Below, piece after piece: positions 38,801 through 51,209 of a DNA stretch of 64,000 bases. The stretch's first letter is position 1. Every line of letters starts with the position of its first letter. Below the pieces are notes generated by a model. That model was not told the DNA's origin. It did no database searches and saw only the letters and a program-made list of their open reading frames with translations. The stretch is from Octopus vulgaris (lineage: Eukaryota): positions 86,118,001 to 86,182,000 of the forward strand of contig OX597824.1 in NCBI GenBank assembly GCA_951406725.2, given 5' to 3'. A program made the translations under genes and the position numbers.

Positions 38801-41800
38801 GAGAAATTGATAAGAAAAGAAATTTCTGGAACAATATTCACATTTGTAAAGGTTCTTCCTTGGCAGCGGCTTTGTATTATTATCGTTGGCAGTCATGGGG
38901 AGTTTTGCAGATTGGTTGGTAGCAGAGAAATCCGTGTGCGGTTCAAATAACCTGGTTTTATTGCACCGTTCGTAAGCAAGTTTGGAGTGAAATCGATGGG
39001 TGGTTTTCATGTGTTTGGAACAAGTACTGGACTGGGCAAACCTGCGATGGCAAATCAAACACTTAAAAGGCCTTTCACCTGTGTGCGTACGCACGTGCTC
39101 TTGCAGGTTGTTTCGAGTGCTAAACAGTTTGTTACAGTAGTTACACTTGTGAGTACGTGGATGCAGTCTTCGAGTTTTCAAATACAGATTCCTTTTAGAC
39201 TTTATATCAGATATTTTAAGGTTACTAACATCGTTATAGTTGTTTCCTGAAGAACTTTCTTTGGATTTCAGTAAATTAACAATTGAAGAGGGCAACCCTG
39301 TTTCTTGGTTTTCAGAAATTGTGTTTCCTGGTGAAAATAGCTTCTGGCTCTTATCACATATTTTATCTAAACACTCTTCTACTTGTGGAATTTCATTTGG
39401 TAATTTGGCACAGGAACGTTTCCTTTCAAGAATGTTTGGGTCATTTATCTTTGGCATTATGGGTTTCTGGTTCAAATCTGTATCAACAATGGCAGTCTTA
39501 AAAACATTTAATTTGTCTTTAAAATCCACAGTTGTTCGTCTCACTGCAAATTTCTTCACGTGAATTTGTTTGTGGAAACACAAAGACTTGTAAGATGAAA
39601 ATTCTTTGAAACAAAAGTCGCATTTGTGGCAATTTCGTCGCAGTCTCAGGCGATCATTAAGTTGCAAGCTTCTCGACAGGTGGGCTACAGAGTTACCTGA
39701 GTTGATTACAGACCTGTTTGGATGAAATTTCGACAATTTGGTTTCACGATGAGCACTTTTTTCATGCTTTGAACGTGTGCTGGACTGAGCAAACCTTTGA
39801 TGACAAATTCGACAACTGAACGGTCTCTCACCTGTGTGGGTTCGCACGTGTTCCCGAAGATTGTTTGCTGTGCTGAAGAGTTTGGCACAAAACTGACATT
39901 TATGGGTATATTTACTTCTGGGGGTCTTTAACCGATTTTTATCTGACAATCCAGTCCCTTTATTGAACATGTCATTTGACTGTACTGGCTGCTGATAAAG
40001 TTTCAGGTGATCAGGAATGGATGGTTTTTTCGGATACGCCATGTCAGTAGTTGATGATTCCAAATAAGAATTGTCTTTGGTGAATTTTAGCTTTTGTATA
40101 CTGAAACGTGAACTGGGGTTGGCTATTGATATGATTTCTACATCTTCCCTTGCCTTATTTGACTCAGCCTCTTTTAGTAATGAGAAAAATTCTGCTGAAT
40201 CATCAGTCTCAGGGTTTGTATTAACTGTTTTGTGTGACAACGCATAGTTCAGATATGTATTCAAAGAAGACCTTTCCTCAATTTGCTGATTAGAATATGG
40301 GCTGAAGGTGGGAGACTCATCCATCGAAGGATCTTCAGATTTCTGCGGACTAAACTGAAGCATTTTCAGAGTAGCAGACTGAGCCAAACAAAGAATTTTA
40401 TGCTGTTGAAATAGAAGAGAGTTTGGAAATTCCTGATTGCAAGAATTGCATATTAAAATGGATGAAGAAAAGGAAGTGTGCCGTTTAGAATGGTTTTCAA
40501 GTTCTTTGCTATTTTGGAAAGTTCTGTCACATTCTGAACATTGAAATATTTGTTGAGAATGCAAAGAGTCCTGAAAAGAAGCGTCGGTCGTATGTAGGTA
40601 TGTGTGCTCGTTAAAATCAACAGCATTTGAAAAAGTTTCATAACAGAAAGTACACTTAAATGGTTTAGTGGAGCCATTATGGGTTTCAATAGTAGTATTC
40701 AATACAACAGAGCCCTGTTCTGCCTGATGGTCGATGCTACTAAAGTCAGATGTCAAATCACAAGAAGGCAACAAAATTTCAGTGGTGACTTTCAGATCCT
40801 TGTCTGTTGAATTAAAACCATCCTGACACTGTATAGTCTTGTCTACTGTGTTGCTTACCAGTCTATTGGATAATATCGGAAGCATGGCATTAAAAGCTGT
40901 TGAACTCTTTTTATGGTGAACTTGAATGTGTTTTTTGAGGTTATGTAATTGTAGAAAATATTTTCCACACTCAGAGCATTGGTGTTTTTTCATATGAAGG
41001 TGGGTTCTTAAGTGTCTTGAGTGGGTGCTGGACTGTGCAAACCTGCGATGACAAAATTTACACTCAAATGGTTTCTCGCCTGTGTGAGTACGGACATGTT
41101 CCCTCATATTACTTGCCGATGAAAATGTCCGACTACAGAAGACACACCTAAAGCCCTCATAGCTGTTAACTTTTGGCAAATTTTCTACACTTTGGTTTAA
41201 TTTTGAACGAGACCCTGATTCTACATTGACTGGGAATTCAGATGATAGTCCTGACTTTTTAAAACGAGAAGAGTATCTTTTATCATTGCCACTTTTTGAA
41301 TTTCCAAAACTCTTCAGTGATTTGGCAGAAACTTTAAGCAAGTCCTTATTGGATTCAAAGGTCAAATTTACCTCAGAATCAATATCAACTGAGGCTTCCT
41401 CTTCTTGCATTTGGTCCTCAACAGGTTCATCTTCTCCAACATTTTCTAATTTGATTTTAGTGCAAAGTTCAATGGGAAAGCTATCCAAATTTTTCTTTGA
41501 CTGAAGTTTGCTCAAATCATCTAAATCTTTAATCTCCAGACTCTTACGGTACCAATCGACGCGACCAGGCTCTGTTTCAGTATCATCATCAACATCTGAG
41601 ATTTCAAGATCTTTATTATACTCTGCTTCTTTGTAACTATCATCATTCTGGATGTCCGTGTCTGATGTATCTTGTAATGAACGATCAGCCGAAAGACAAT
41701 CCGCCTCGTCCTTAGACATGCTGCTTGGAGTCTTGACCGAAAAATTGGTAGAGAGAAGTCCCGTAGAATCATCGACGTTGCTGTGAGTCATTACGTGAAC

Positions 41801-42299
41801 CTTTAGGTCAGCAGCATCAGAGAACGTTTTACAACAATAGGTGCAGACAAATTTCTGATCCCGGATGTGTGTATATAAGTGCTTCGCCCGTGTACTGGAC
41901 TGGGCAAAGGTACGATAACAATACTCGCACTTGAACGGCTTCTCACCTGTATGAATTCTGGTGTGTTCTTTCATGTTGCTGCTGGTGGAAAATGTGCGCG
42001 GGCAGTAGTCACACTTGAAAGGGTGGAAACTGCTTTTAAGACCCCGGACTTGTTTATCTATGTTAGGCAAGTTCTTCTTGGTTGTTTTCTTAGACGAGCA
42101 GCTAAAGGGAGCAGTCTTGTAACTAATCAATTGATTGTTTCTGTTAAGGGCCATTATGTCATCTACAGCTTCACAATTCTGGTCCCCGGCTGTCGAAAGG
42201 TTCTCAGAAGATGTCATGGACAGCTGGAAACTACTTGATTCGAAAGGAATTTCAACTTTCACTTGATACATATGCTTCATATTATCATCATCGTCATCG

Positions 42300-42331
<32 letters not shown>

Positions 42332-45300
42332 TTCATCATCCTCATACTGCACAATTGCCCTGTTTGCTCTTGTTGTTGTCGTGTGTGTTCTTTTATCATT
42401 ACACAATGCATCGACGCTATTATCGTCTTCGCAAATTTCTTTCTTTATATTCTCAATGCTGATTGGTAAATTTTCTTGAGAATTTAGATCCACAACAGAA
42501 ACCGGCTGCAAGCTTTTGCTTGAATCTACAACACTGTCAACTAATAAACCAGATTTGTTTAATTCTATTTGATTCTCTTTGGAAGAATTTAGATAATTTA
42601 ATTTTTCACTCATTCCAGAGAACGGACTGGCTTCATTTTCTGTCCATGATGTAAGGGATTCTTGACTGGTAAAAGTTATTTTGCTGTCAGCAGAACTCGT
42701 TGAATCCTGTTGTTTCACCGAAGAATCTTCTTTGTCAAGATCAGCATTCATAACTTTATCAAGCAAGTTGTTGTTCAAAATAGAAACCAATTCCGAAGAA
42801 TTGGACAACTCTTCTGCTTTATCTGAAGAGGTTTGAATTACAGATTTTACGTCTGAGATGCACAGGTCTTTCTTGGAATAATTCTCATCTTGATCAGCAA
42901 GAGAACTTCTTTCTGAACCACTCCAAAAATCATTGCATTGCTTAGTTAACAATCTAAATGTTTCTGGGAGTTTTTTAATAAGATCCTTTGAAACATTTGA
43001 TGTTTGTAAATCTATACTCTTAGATATTTTAGAAATATTTTCACTGTCCACAAAAGTTGCAGAGGGAGTGTCAGGATCCTTTTCGGCATTTCTTGGCAGT
43101 AATTGCTCAGTGCTGTTATCATCCGAAGAACTTGAATTTGATGCAACTACAGAGTTGGTTACCTTATCTGCTGACTGGTTCTTAGAAGATGATGATCTCC
43201 CTATTAACGAAGATATACGTTTGTTTTTCGTTTTCTTCATATAATTTATTTTGTAACATTGAAACATGTGGTATTTTAGAGGTCCAGGGTGGGTGAAAGA
43301 TTTTGAACAAAATGTACAGGTAAGCTGTTCTTTGTGAGAGTGAGTTAGGACATGTTTAGAATGAGTGCTTGACTGAGCAAATTTTCGGTGGCAGATTTCA
43401 CACTCGTAAGGTTTCTCGCCCGTATGCGTACGCATGTGCTCCTTCATGTTACCAGAAGTGGAGAATGTTCGAGGACAGTAGAGACAGCGATGGGGGCGGT
43501 AGTTCTTTAGTTTCTGAATGTATTTTGAAACTCTTTTACGTTGTGAATATCTTTTACTCGTGTTAGATGGCAACAGCACTTGAGTCTCTCTCGACCTATT
43601 ACGGTTGGTCTTCAGCAGTTCTTCAACTCTGCTTTTCATCGATGTCAACCTACTTTCATGAATGCTGGGATCAACAACATCAGTTAAGTTCTCCCCTACA
43701 ATCAGTTCCTGCTGCCGGTCCTGCACAGTTGCCGAATGATTGACCCCTGGTGATAGTTTACGCTTACAATATTTGTTAAAGATGGTTTTTCTCCCTCCTT
43801 TATTCGAGAAAGAGTAACTTTGGTACATTTGGTTTTCCCCTCCAGTTGAAAATCTCGGTCGCAAATCCTTCTTATTCAACCGAACTTTGGCTTCCTTCTC
43901 CAAACTGTTTGCTGCAATATGGGACAAGTCACTAGAATTAGACAAGGGCGAAGTGCTACTTTGATCAATTTCATTCTTTTTCTTTAGCAGATTTCTTAGA
44001 AACTCAGAGCAAATACCTATCCCTTTAGATGTTCCATCACTAGAGGAAACCACAGGGCTAGACTCTAGCTGTTCAGCAATCTCTTTGGCACTATGTTTCT
44101 GTAAATGCTTTTTATAGTTATTAGCTCTTGTGAATGTTTTATCACATAGATTACAGCTGAACATCTTACTCTTTGTATGAGTGAGAACGTGTTTAGAATG
44201 TGTGCTGGACTGAGCGAAACTTTTGTGGCAGATTTTACAGACAAACGGTCTTTCACCCGTATGTGTCCTCATATGTTCACGCATGTTACTAGCAGTCGAA
44301 AACCTCCGTGGACACAACATGCATGCAACTTTTAACGGGTTTCTCCTACTGGCAAACTGCTCCCTATGCTTCCGTTGACTTGTCACAATCCCTCCTCTTG
44401 AGCAACCACTATAATTCTTGATCAACTGGTCAGGAAACGGTGAATGCAAGTAATCGGTGCCACCACTTTCTTCCACTTTCAGGGATTTATTGCTGCTACC
44501 TCCCGGTTCTTGCAGTCCCATAGCAAAGTAACTATCAAAATAATTCAGTTTCTCAGAAGAACTGTCCGACGATTCGTCCTGCATCTTTGTCTCTTTCTTT
44601 GGAAAGTCAGGCTCTATCAGAATGACATCTTCATTAGTGTCATCGTTATCACTGTCGTAAGCGTCTTTCGACTGTCCAACAGGCTCATCGCTATTTTGAG
44701 TAAGATCAATATGCGAAGAATGCTCGGCGTCCCCAAATGTAAGGGCCACAAATGATGAACTGTTGGAATTGTCCAGACTGCTGCTGGAACCAGGATCATT
44801 TAAATTACTTTGCTGATTGTTTGACCTGTAGTCCCTTTCAAGGTACTGCATTCTGGCATTAAGAGACTTCACTGTCCTTTTTGCAGAGGCACCATACGGA
44901 CTATCTGATTCCAAAATCTTCTGACAGCTTCCCTCCTGAATGTCAATCACTTCGTATTGACCAGATGGACTTAACATCAATTTGCTTGGCCTCACAGAAC
45001 TTAGCTTTTCTTCTGTGTTATGGCTTTGTATGTGTTGTAAAAGTGAGAAAGACTTGTTGAATTCACGATGACAAATACGGCATTTAAACACTTTCTCTGT
45101 CAAGTGACACTGGATGTGTTCCTCCATTTCTTCAACAGAAACAAAATTTTCATTACAAAATGTACATTTGTAGGATTTTTCCAAAGAATAACCTGCGACT
45201 GAGCCGGTAGGGTTAGTCCAGACATCAAAAGATTTCGATGGTAAACTATCCTGGCTGTCATCTTCATCTTCATCCTGATCATCAATGTTGATAACCTCAT

Positions 45301-46141
45301 TGCTTCCGTTATGTGATATCGTTACAAAATCTCTTGATTGGGGCTCTTCAAATGTTCTAGAAGGTTCTAGATTTTGAGCTAAGTCATTTGGCAAGTTTCC
45401 CTCAGGAAATTTGTCAAATGACTTCAATTTGGTTTCCGAACCCTGTGGATATATACTCATGTCAGAATTGCTGTAGATTATGTCTCCGTTCCTAATCTGC
45501 TCATTTGCATTCCACATGTTGGATTCAATGAGAGGTGGAGTCTTAGGCATCACTTCACAAGCTAAATTTTTAAAAATTCCTGTAATAACTGGTTTTACAT
45601 AATCTTTATCCGATACCTCTGGTAATTGGGAATAGGACAGAAATGGTCTAATTTGGTCATTGTTAACAACATTAGGTACAATAGCAGCACTCTCAACACT
45701 ATCACAGACAGGATTCGCTCTATGGTCATGGATTACATCAACATCAGAATCTACATCCCCAATCACAGTTGCGTACTGGTCTGGAGAATTTTCATCAGCA
45801 GGTAAACGAGCCGCTGTGTCAAATGATGTGGAAGGAATTGAAATTCTACTCAGTTGCAACTCATCAGCCGATAGATCCGTGTCGAGCTGCGATGGACTCT
45901 TCGAGTTTTTCATTAATGCCTTTTTTCTGTGGATCTGGACATGTTTGGAGTGTGTGCTTGATTGTGCGAATGTTTTTCCACAAAACTCACATTTGTAAGG
46001 CCTTTCCCCCGTGTGAGTCCTCTGATGTTCACGCATGTTGCTAGCAGTCGAGAAAGCCTTGTCACAGAAATTGCACTTGAATCGTTTCACCTTCACCCTC
46101 AAAGAATTCTCTCTGCCCTTCTCCCTATTAACAGCTGACAT
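35819..46141 (-). CDS. Giant single-coding-exon C2H2 zinc-finger protein, 3440 aa, about 32 fingers (three C2HC) in dispersed clusters
   Basis: Uninterrupted 10,323-nt ORF; ten CxxC...H...HTGE(R/K)P(F/Y)xCxxC doublets plus about 12 other fingers, separated by Ser/Asp/Asn-rich linkers; ATG in caaaATG context just after a candidate acceptor (ttttttgacag|, 46154-46155). Confidence 0.95.
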
Positions 46142-46240
46142 TTTGAATTTGTCCTGTCAAAAAATGTCTAAATCATGTAGATATCTAGTTTCTGTATGTA
46201 CATGGCAAAAAAAAAAAGTATAAAAACTATAGGAATCTAC

Positions 46241-46509
46241 CTTATAAGGACATTGTGACAAATATCAAAACAAAATTCTATACACTGCAAAATGACTGCT
46301 AGATTACCAACAATGTAAGCTATAGGATTTTAAATGAAAAAGAAATGGTTAAATATTCCAGCAGACATTCAGAAGAATCTGTAAATACCACTGAATCCCT
46401 CATGTTCATGAGTTTTTTGCGGGGTTTTTTCCCCATACGGTCACTGATTATGAAGTTATCCTTTCCGGTCTGCTGACAAACAACTTTGTTTGTCACAACA
46501 GATGGGTTT
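46241..46509 (-). other. Candidate non-coding 5'UTR exon of the zinc-finger gene
   Basis: Minus-strand acceptor ttattttcttcttcttttcag| at 46510 and donor aag|gtagat at 46240; implies an 87-nt intron to the acceptor at 46154. Confidence 0.5.
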
Positions 46510-46830
46510 CTGAAAAGAAGAAGAAAATAATAGATTAGGATAAATAAAAAGAGGAAAACATCTGCTACACAAACACATAGCTTATCTAAATTGAAGACTG
46601 GTGGAATTGTAAGAAAATCAAAGAAAACGCCAAGTCGGATTTTGTTCTGTCTTGTAATATTTTGACTGAACCTGGAACCATGTGGTTTAGAAGCAAGCTG
46701 CTTACCACACTACCATACCTGTGCCTATGCATATCGTTGTTGTTATTATTAGTATTAGTATTATTATTATCATAATTATTATTAGTAGTAGTATTGTTAT
46801 TATTATCATAATTATTATTTTAATTTTTAA

Positions 46831-47230
46831 CCCTTTCGTTACTGTATTTCTGCTGAGATGCTCTGTGTTTCTTTCAATTACTTTAAATATAACAAAGAAT
46901 TTAGTAAAATAACTTAGTTATCATTCAGCTAGTGTTAGGAACATAAATTGTGACTAAGGTTTAGGTGGAAGTTTTTTTATTCAGAACTTATGAAAACAAA
47001 ACATTTGTACTACAAAGTAAGAGCCAGTTTCAGCCATTTGAGATGCTCTGTGTTTCTTTTAATTACTTTAAATATAACAAAGAATTTAGTAAAATAACTT
47101 AGTTATCATTCAGCTAGGAACATAAATTGTGACTAAGGTTTTGTGGAAGATTTTAACTCAGAACTTTTAAAAACAAGACATTTGTACTACAGAGCCAGAG
47201 CCATTTTCAGCTGGGTTGGTAATGGAAGGG
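46831..47230. mobile_element. piggyBac-type MITE, same family, opposite orientation, with internal tandem duplication
   Basis: ttaa|ccctttcgttac ... gtaatggaaggg|ttaa; the roughly 180-bp core tgagatgctctgtgtttc...tttcagc occurs twice. Confidence 0.85.
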
Positions 47231-48472
47231 TTAAGGTGGTGAGCTGGCAGAATTGTTACCTCACCAGACAACATGCTTAGCAGTATTTCATCCATCTTTA
47301 TGATCTGAGTTCAAATTCCGCCATGGTCAACTTTACCTTTCACCCTTTCGGGATTGATAAAATAAGGACCAGTTGAGGACCGGGGTCAATGTAAATGATT
47401 TGTCTCTTCTCCCAAAATTTCAGCCTTTGTACATAAAGCAGAAAGAACCATAAAAAGCATCCAGTGTACTCTGTAAAGTGGACGGTGTTAAGAAGGACAT
47501 ACAGTTGTGGAAACCAAGCCAAAACAGGCAATAGAGCCTGGTGTGGGCCCTGGCCTTGCTAGTTCCCATCAAACCTTCCAACCCATGATGATTATCATGG
47601 GTGCAGGTGTGGCTGTATGGCAAGAAGTTTCCATCAAGGCGGCAAGCTGGCAGAATCATTAGCACACCGTGCGAAATGCTTAGCGGTATATCGTCTGCCA
47701 CTACGTTCTGAGTTCAAATTCCACCGAGGTCGACTTTGTCTTTCATCCTTTTGGGGTCGATTAAATAAGTACCAGTTACACACTGGGGTCGATATAATTG
47801 ACTTAATCCATTTGTCTGTCCTTGTTTCTCCCCTCTGTGTTTAGCCCCTTGTGGATAGTAAAGAAATAGGTATTTCGCCTGTCTTTTTGTTCTGAGTTCA
47901 AATTCCGCCGAGGTCAACTTTGCCATTCATCCTTTCTGGGTCGATAAATTAAGTACCAGTTGCATACTGAGGTCGATCTAATTGACTATCACCCTCCCCC
48001 AAAATTTCAGGCCTTGTGCCTAGAGTAGAAAAAAAAAAAAGTTTCCATCATTACCAAATGGTTCCAGGTTCAGTCCCACTGTGTAATACCTTGAGCAAGT
48101 GTCTTTTACAATAGCCCCAGGCTGACCAAAGCTTTGAGTGGGTTTCTTTGATGGAAACTGAAAGAAGCCCATCATATATATCCTTGTCCCAGATCAACCA
48201 TAACTGAGGAGAACAATGATTGCACTATAAACTATTCCAGCCATGACCATTCCATCTGTTAATTTTTACCTTTTTTATGCATAGTGTATCTAGGATAACA
48301 TTATTCCAAGTACCCCTCATTGTTGTTGTTGTTGTTTTACCAAGGTCATCCCTGATTAAATCCCTGCAGTTTTGATCATCTTGTTCTAGTTTTCTTTATT
48401 TCGAGCATTGTGTATCTGGGATTACATTAAGCAATGTCTCCTATTAAGATGGTAATGTGGGATTATTATATG

Positions 48473-48837
48473 TTATTGCCTCCAACTTAGCGAAGTCAGA
48501 GGTATTGTTTTCAGTCACATTTGTTTGTATGTTTGTCTGTGAACAAGATATCTCAAGAACCGCTGGATAGATTCAGATGAAACTTTCAGGGATGTTTGAC
48601 CTTGTGACTGGCACAAACTGATTAGATTTTGGGATCAATCCAGTATCAGACGATTCTGAATTATTTTTCTTGTTTTTTTATTTAATTTTTGAGAGCAGTC
48701 GTGTTTGGTATTCTCGTTTGTGAGAGCAGTCGAGTTTATTTCAGATATTCTCATTTTAAAAATCATCTCTGGCTAATCGTTGAGAGGACGTTGATGTGGC
48801 CTTGGTGGAAGCTTGTGCCCTCTAAGAGCTCTTGTTT
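48473..48837 (+). mobile_element. Helentron/DINE-1-like non-autonomous element (HINE)
   Basis: Starts ttattgcctcc...gaggt, has a (gttt/gtct)n block, and ends with subterminal ccttggtggaag, a short hairpin-like segment and a T-run; architecture recognised by eye only. Confidence 0.5.
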
Positions 48838-50409
48838 TATATCATATTCTTTTTTAAATAATACTGTTGCCAGTTACATGTTTCCAGTGGCCCAGTCCCC
48901 CGGTTCACAAAACCCTCATCATCATCATTCAACATCCATGTCCCATGCTGACAGGACTGCATGGTTCAAGATCCACTGGGTCCAAGGACTGCATCATACT
49001 CCAATGTCTGCCTTGGCTTCATTACTATGGCTGGATACCATTCCTAATGCCAACCACTTTACAGTATGTCCTGACTGCTTTTTATGTACCACCAGCACTA
49101 GTGAGGATGCTGTACACCTTGCATGATTGTGAAGACAAAGGGTTTAGGTATAAGAAAAAGGGGCCAAAGTAGAACAGGCTTTTAGCTGTATAGAAGATAG
49201 AAGACTACTTACATTTTAGAAAAGAGAGTGAGGATGCAAGGTGAGTGAACAGTAAGGGAGGATGTGTGGGTGGATGCATGTATACAAAATCTCTTGGCTT
49301 CTACCTAATATTCTCAAACCACTTTTTCAAACCTTCTGGGTTTGAAATGGGTTGAGAGACCTCAACTCATCCATCATCATCATCGTCGTCATTTGATGTC
49401 CGTTTTCCATGCTGGCATGGGTTGGACAGTTTGACTGGGGACTGGCAAGACAGGAGGTCGCACCAAGCTCCAGTCTGATCTGACAAGGTTCCTACAGCTG
49501 GATGCCCTTCCTAACGCCACCCACTCCAAGAGTGTAGTGAGTGCTTTTTTATGTGTCACCGGCACAGGAGCCAGTCAGGTGGGCCTGGAATCAACCACAT
49601 TCGGATGGTGCTTTTTATGTGCCCCAGTACAGGAGCCAGTCAGGGGGCACTGGCCACAGCTATGATATTGGTTTTGCTTGACTCAACAGGTATTCTCAAG
49701 CATATCAGGGGTACTCTTAACTGGGCCTGACATGCATGGCTGCGATCTCACTTTAGTTGCCAGGTCTTCTGATTAAAACAATGCAAATCATTAACCCCAT
49801 GGGCCCTTCAGAAATTTGATAATTTCCCTATATTACATACTTGGTTACTTTTTAACATATATTAATGTATACATTCAATGGATATTATGACAATAAGTGG
49901 GTTACTGTAACACAAAACATACTGCAGTCCAAACCAATGAGGGACCCCCTACATGCTTGCTAAATCTGTAAGAAATAGCACCTAAATTTTCCTCCAAATC
50001 ACATTCAACTATCTTCAAAAAGGGAGCACACAGTGGACAATGTAGTCTTTTTTTCTTTTTACTTGTTTCAATCATTTGACTGTGGCCATGCTGGAGCACC
50101 GACAGTAGTCAAAGAAATCGACCATGGACTTATTCTTTGCAAGTCTATTACTGGGCAAATGTCTTCTACTATAGTCCTAATCCTATTAAACCCTTGTGAG
50201 TGCATTAAAATGAAGATGATGATGATGACAGTAACATCAAACAGGTTGCCTTACATCATCATCATCATAATCATCATTTAACATCTTTGTCCATGCTGGC
50301 ATGGGTTGGATGGTGTGACCAGAGCTGGCAAGTTTTGGGGGGGGCTGATTTGGCATGATTTCTACAGCTGGATGCCCTTCCTAACACCAACCACTTTACA
50401 GAGTGTGCT

Positions 50410-51058
50410 GGGTGCTTTTACGTGACACTACACAGGCACTTACATGTGACACTGCACGGGCACTTTTACAAGACACCACATGGGTACTTTTATGTGGCAC
50501 CACATGGGATTTTTAATGTGAAACCACATGGGTGCTTTTATGTGACACTGCATGGGTGCTTTTATGTAGTACCACATGGGTGCTTTTATGTGGCACCACA
50601 ATGTTGCTTTCATGTGGTACCACATGGGTGCTTTTATGTGGCACCACAATGTTGCTTTAATGTGGTACCACATGGGTGCTTTTATGTGGCACCACAATGT
50701 TGCTTTCATGTGGTACCACATGGGTGCTTTTATGTGGCACTACAATGGTGCTTTCATGTGGTACCACATGGGTGCTTTTATGTGGCACTACAATGGTGCT
50801 TTTATGTGGTACCACATGGTTGCTTTCATGTGGTACCACATGGGTGCTTTTATGTGGCACTACAATATTGCTTTCATGTAGTACCACATGGGTGCTTTTA
50901 TGTGGCACCACATGGGTGCTTTTATGTGGCACCACAATGTTGCTTTCATGTGGTACCACATGGGTGCTTTTATGTGGCACCACATGGGTGCTTTAATGTA
51001 ACACTGCATGGGCACTTTTACACGGCACCGCATGGGTACTTTTATGTGACAGCACTTT
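50410..51058. repeat. 24-bp minisatellite (about 27 units) with 48-bp higher-order alternation
   Basis: Units gtggtaccacatgggtgcttttat and gtggcaccacaatgttgctttcat alternate in the centre; units are more diverged at both edges. Confidence 0.95.
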
Positions 51059-51209
51059 ACACAACCCAAAGGATCAGTCTTAACACTTCTACTGTGGGTT
51101 ATGGGTCTTCTTGAAAATGGCCAGGTGCCATTTTTTTTTCTTTTGGCATTCTGACGGCAATGCTTGCAATGGACAGTGGAGCTAAACTATCAGCTTCAAC
51201 CCCTTAGTA

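Noticed and set aside
36012-46223. Many short + strand and alternative-frame ORFs overlapping the zinc-finger gene
   Set aside because: Shadow ORFs of a long coding sequence; no recognisable motifs.
50410-51058. Palindromic regularly spaced repeat as a CRISPR array, or the 230-aa Cys/His-rich ORF as a metal-binding protein
   Set aside because: No unique spacers, no cas genes, eukaryotic context; open frames on both strands are a by-product of a stop-poor 24-bp unit derived from a LINE.
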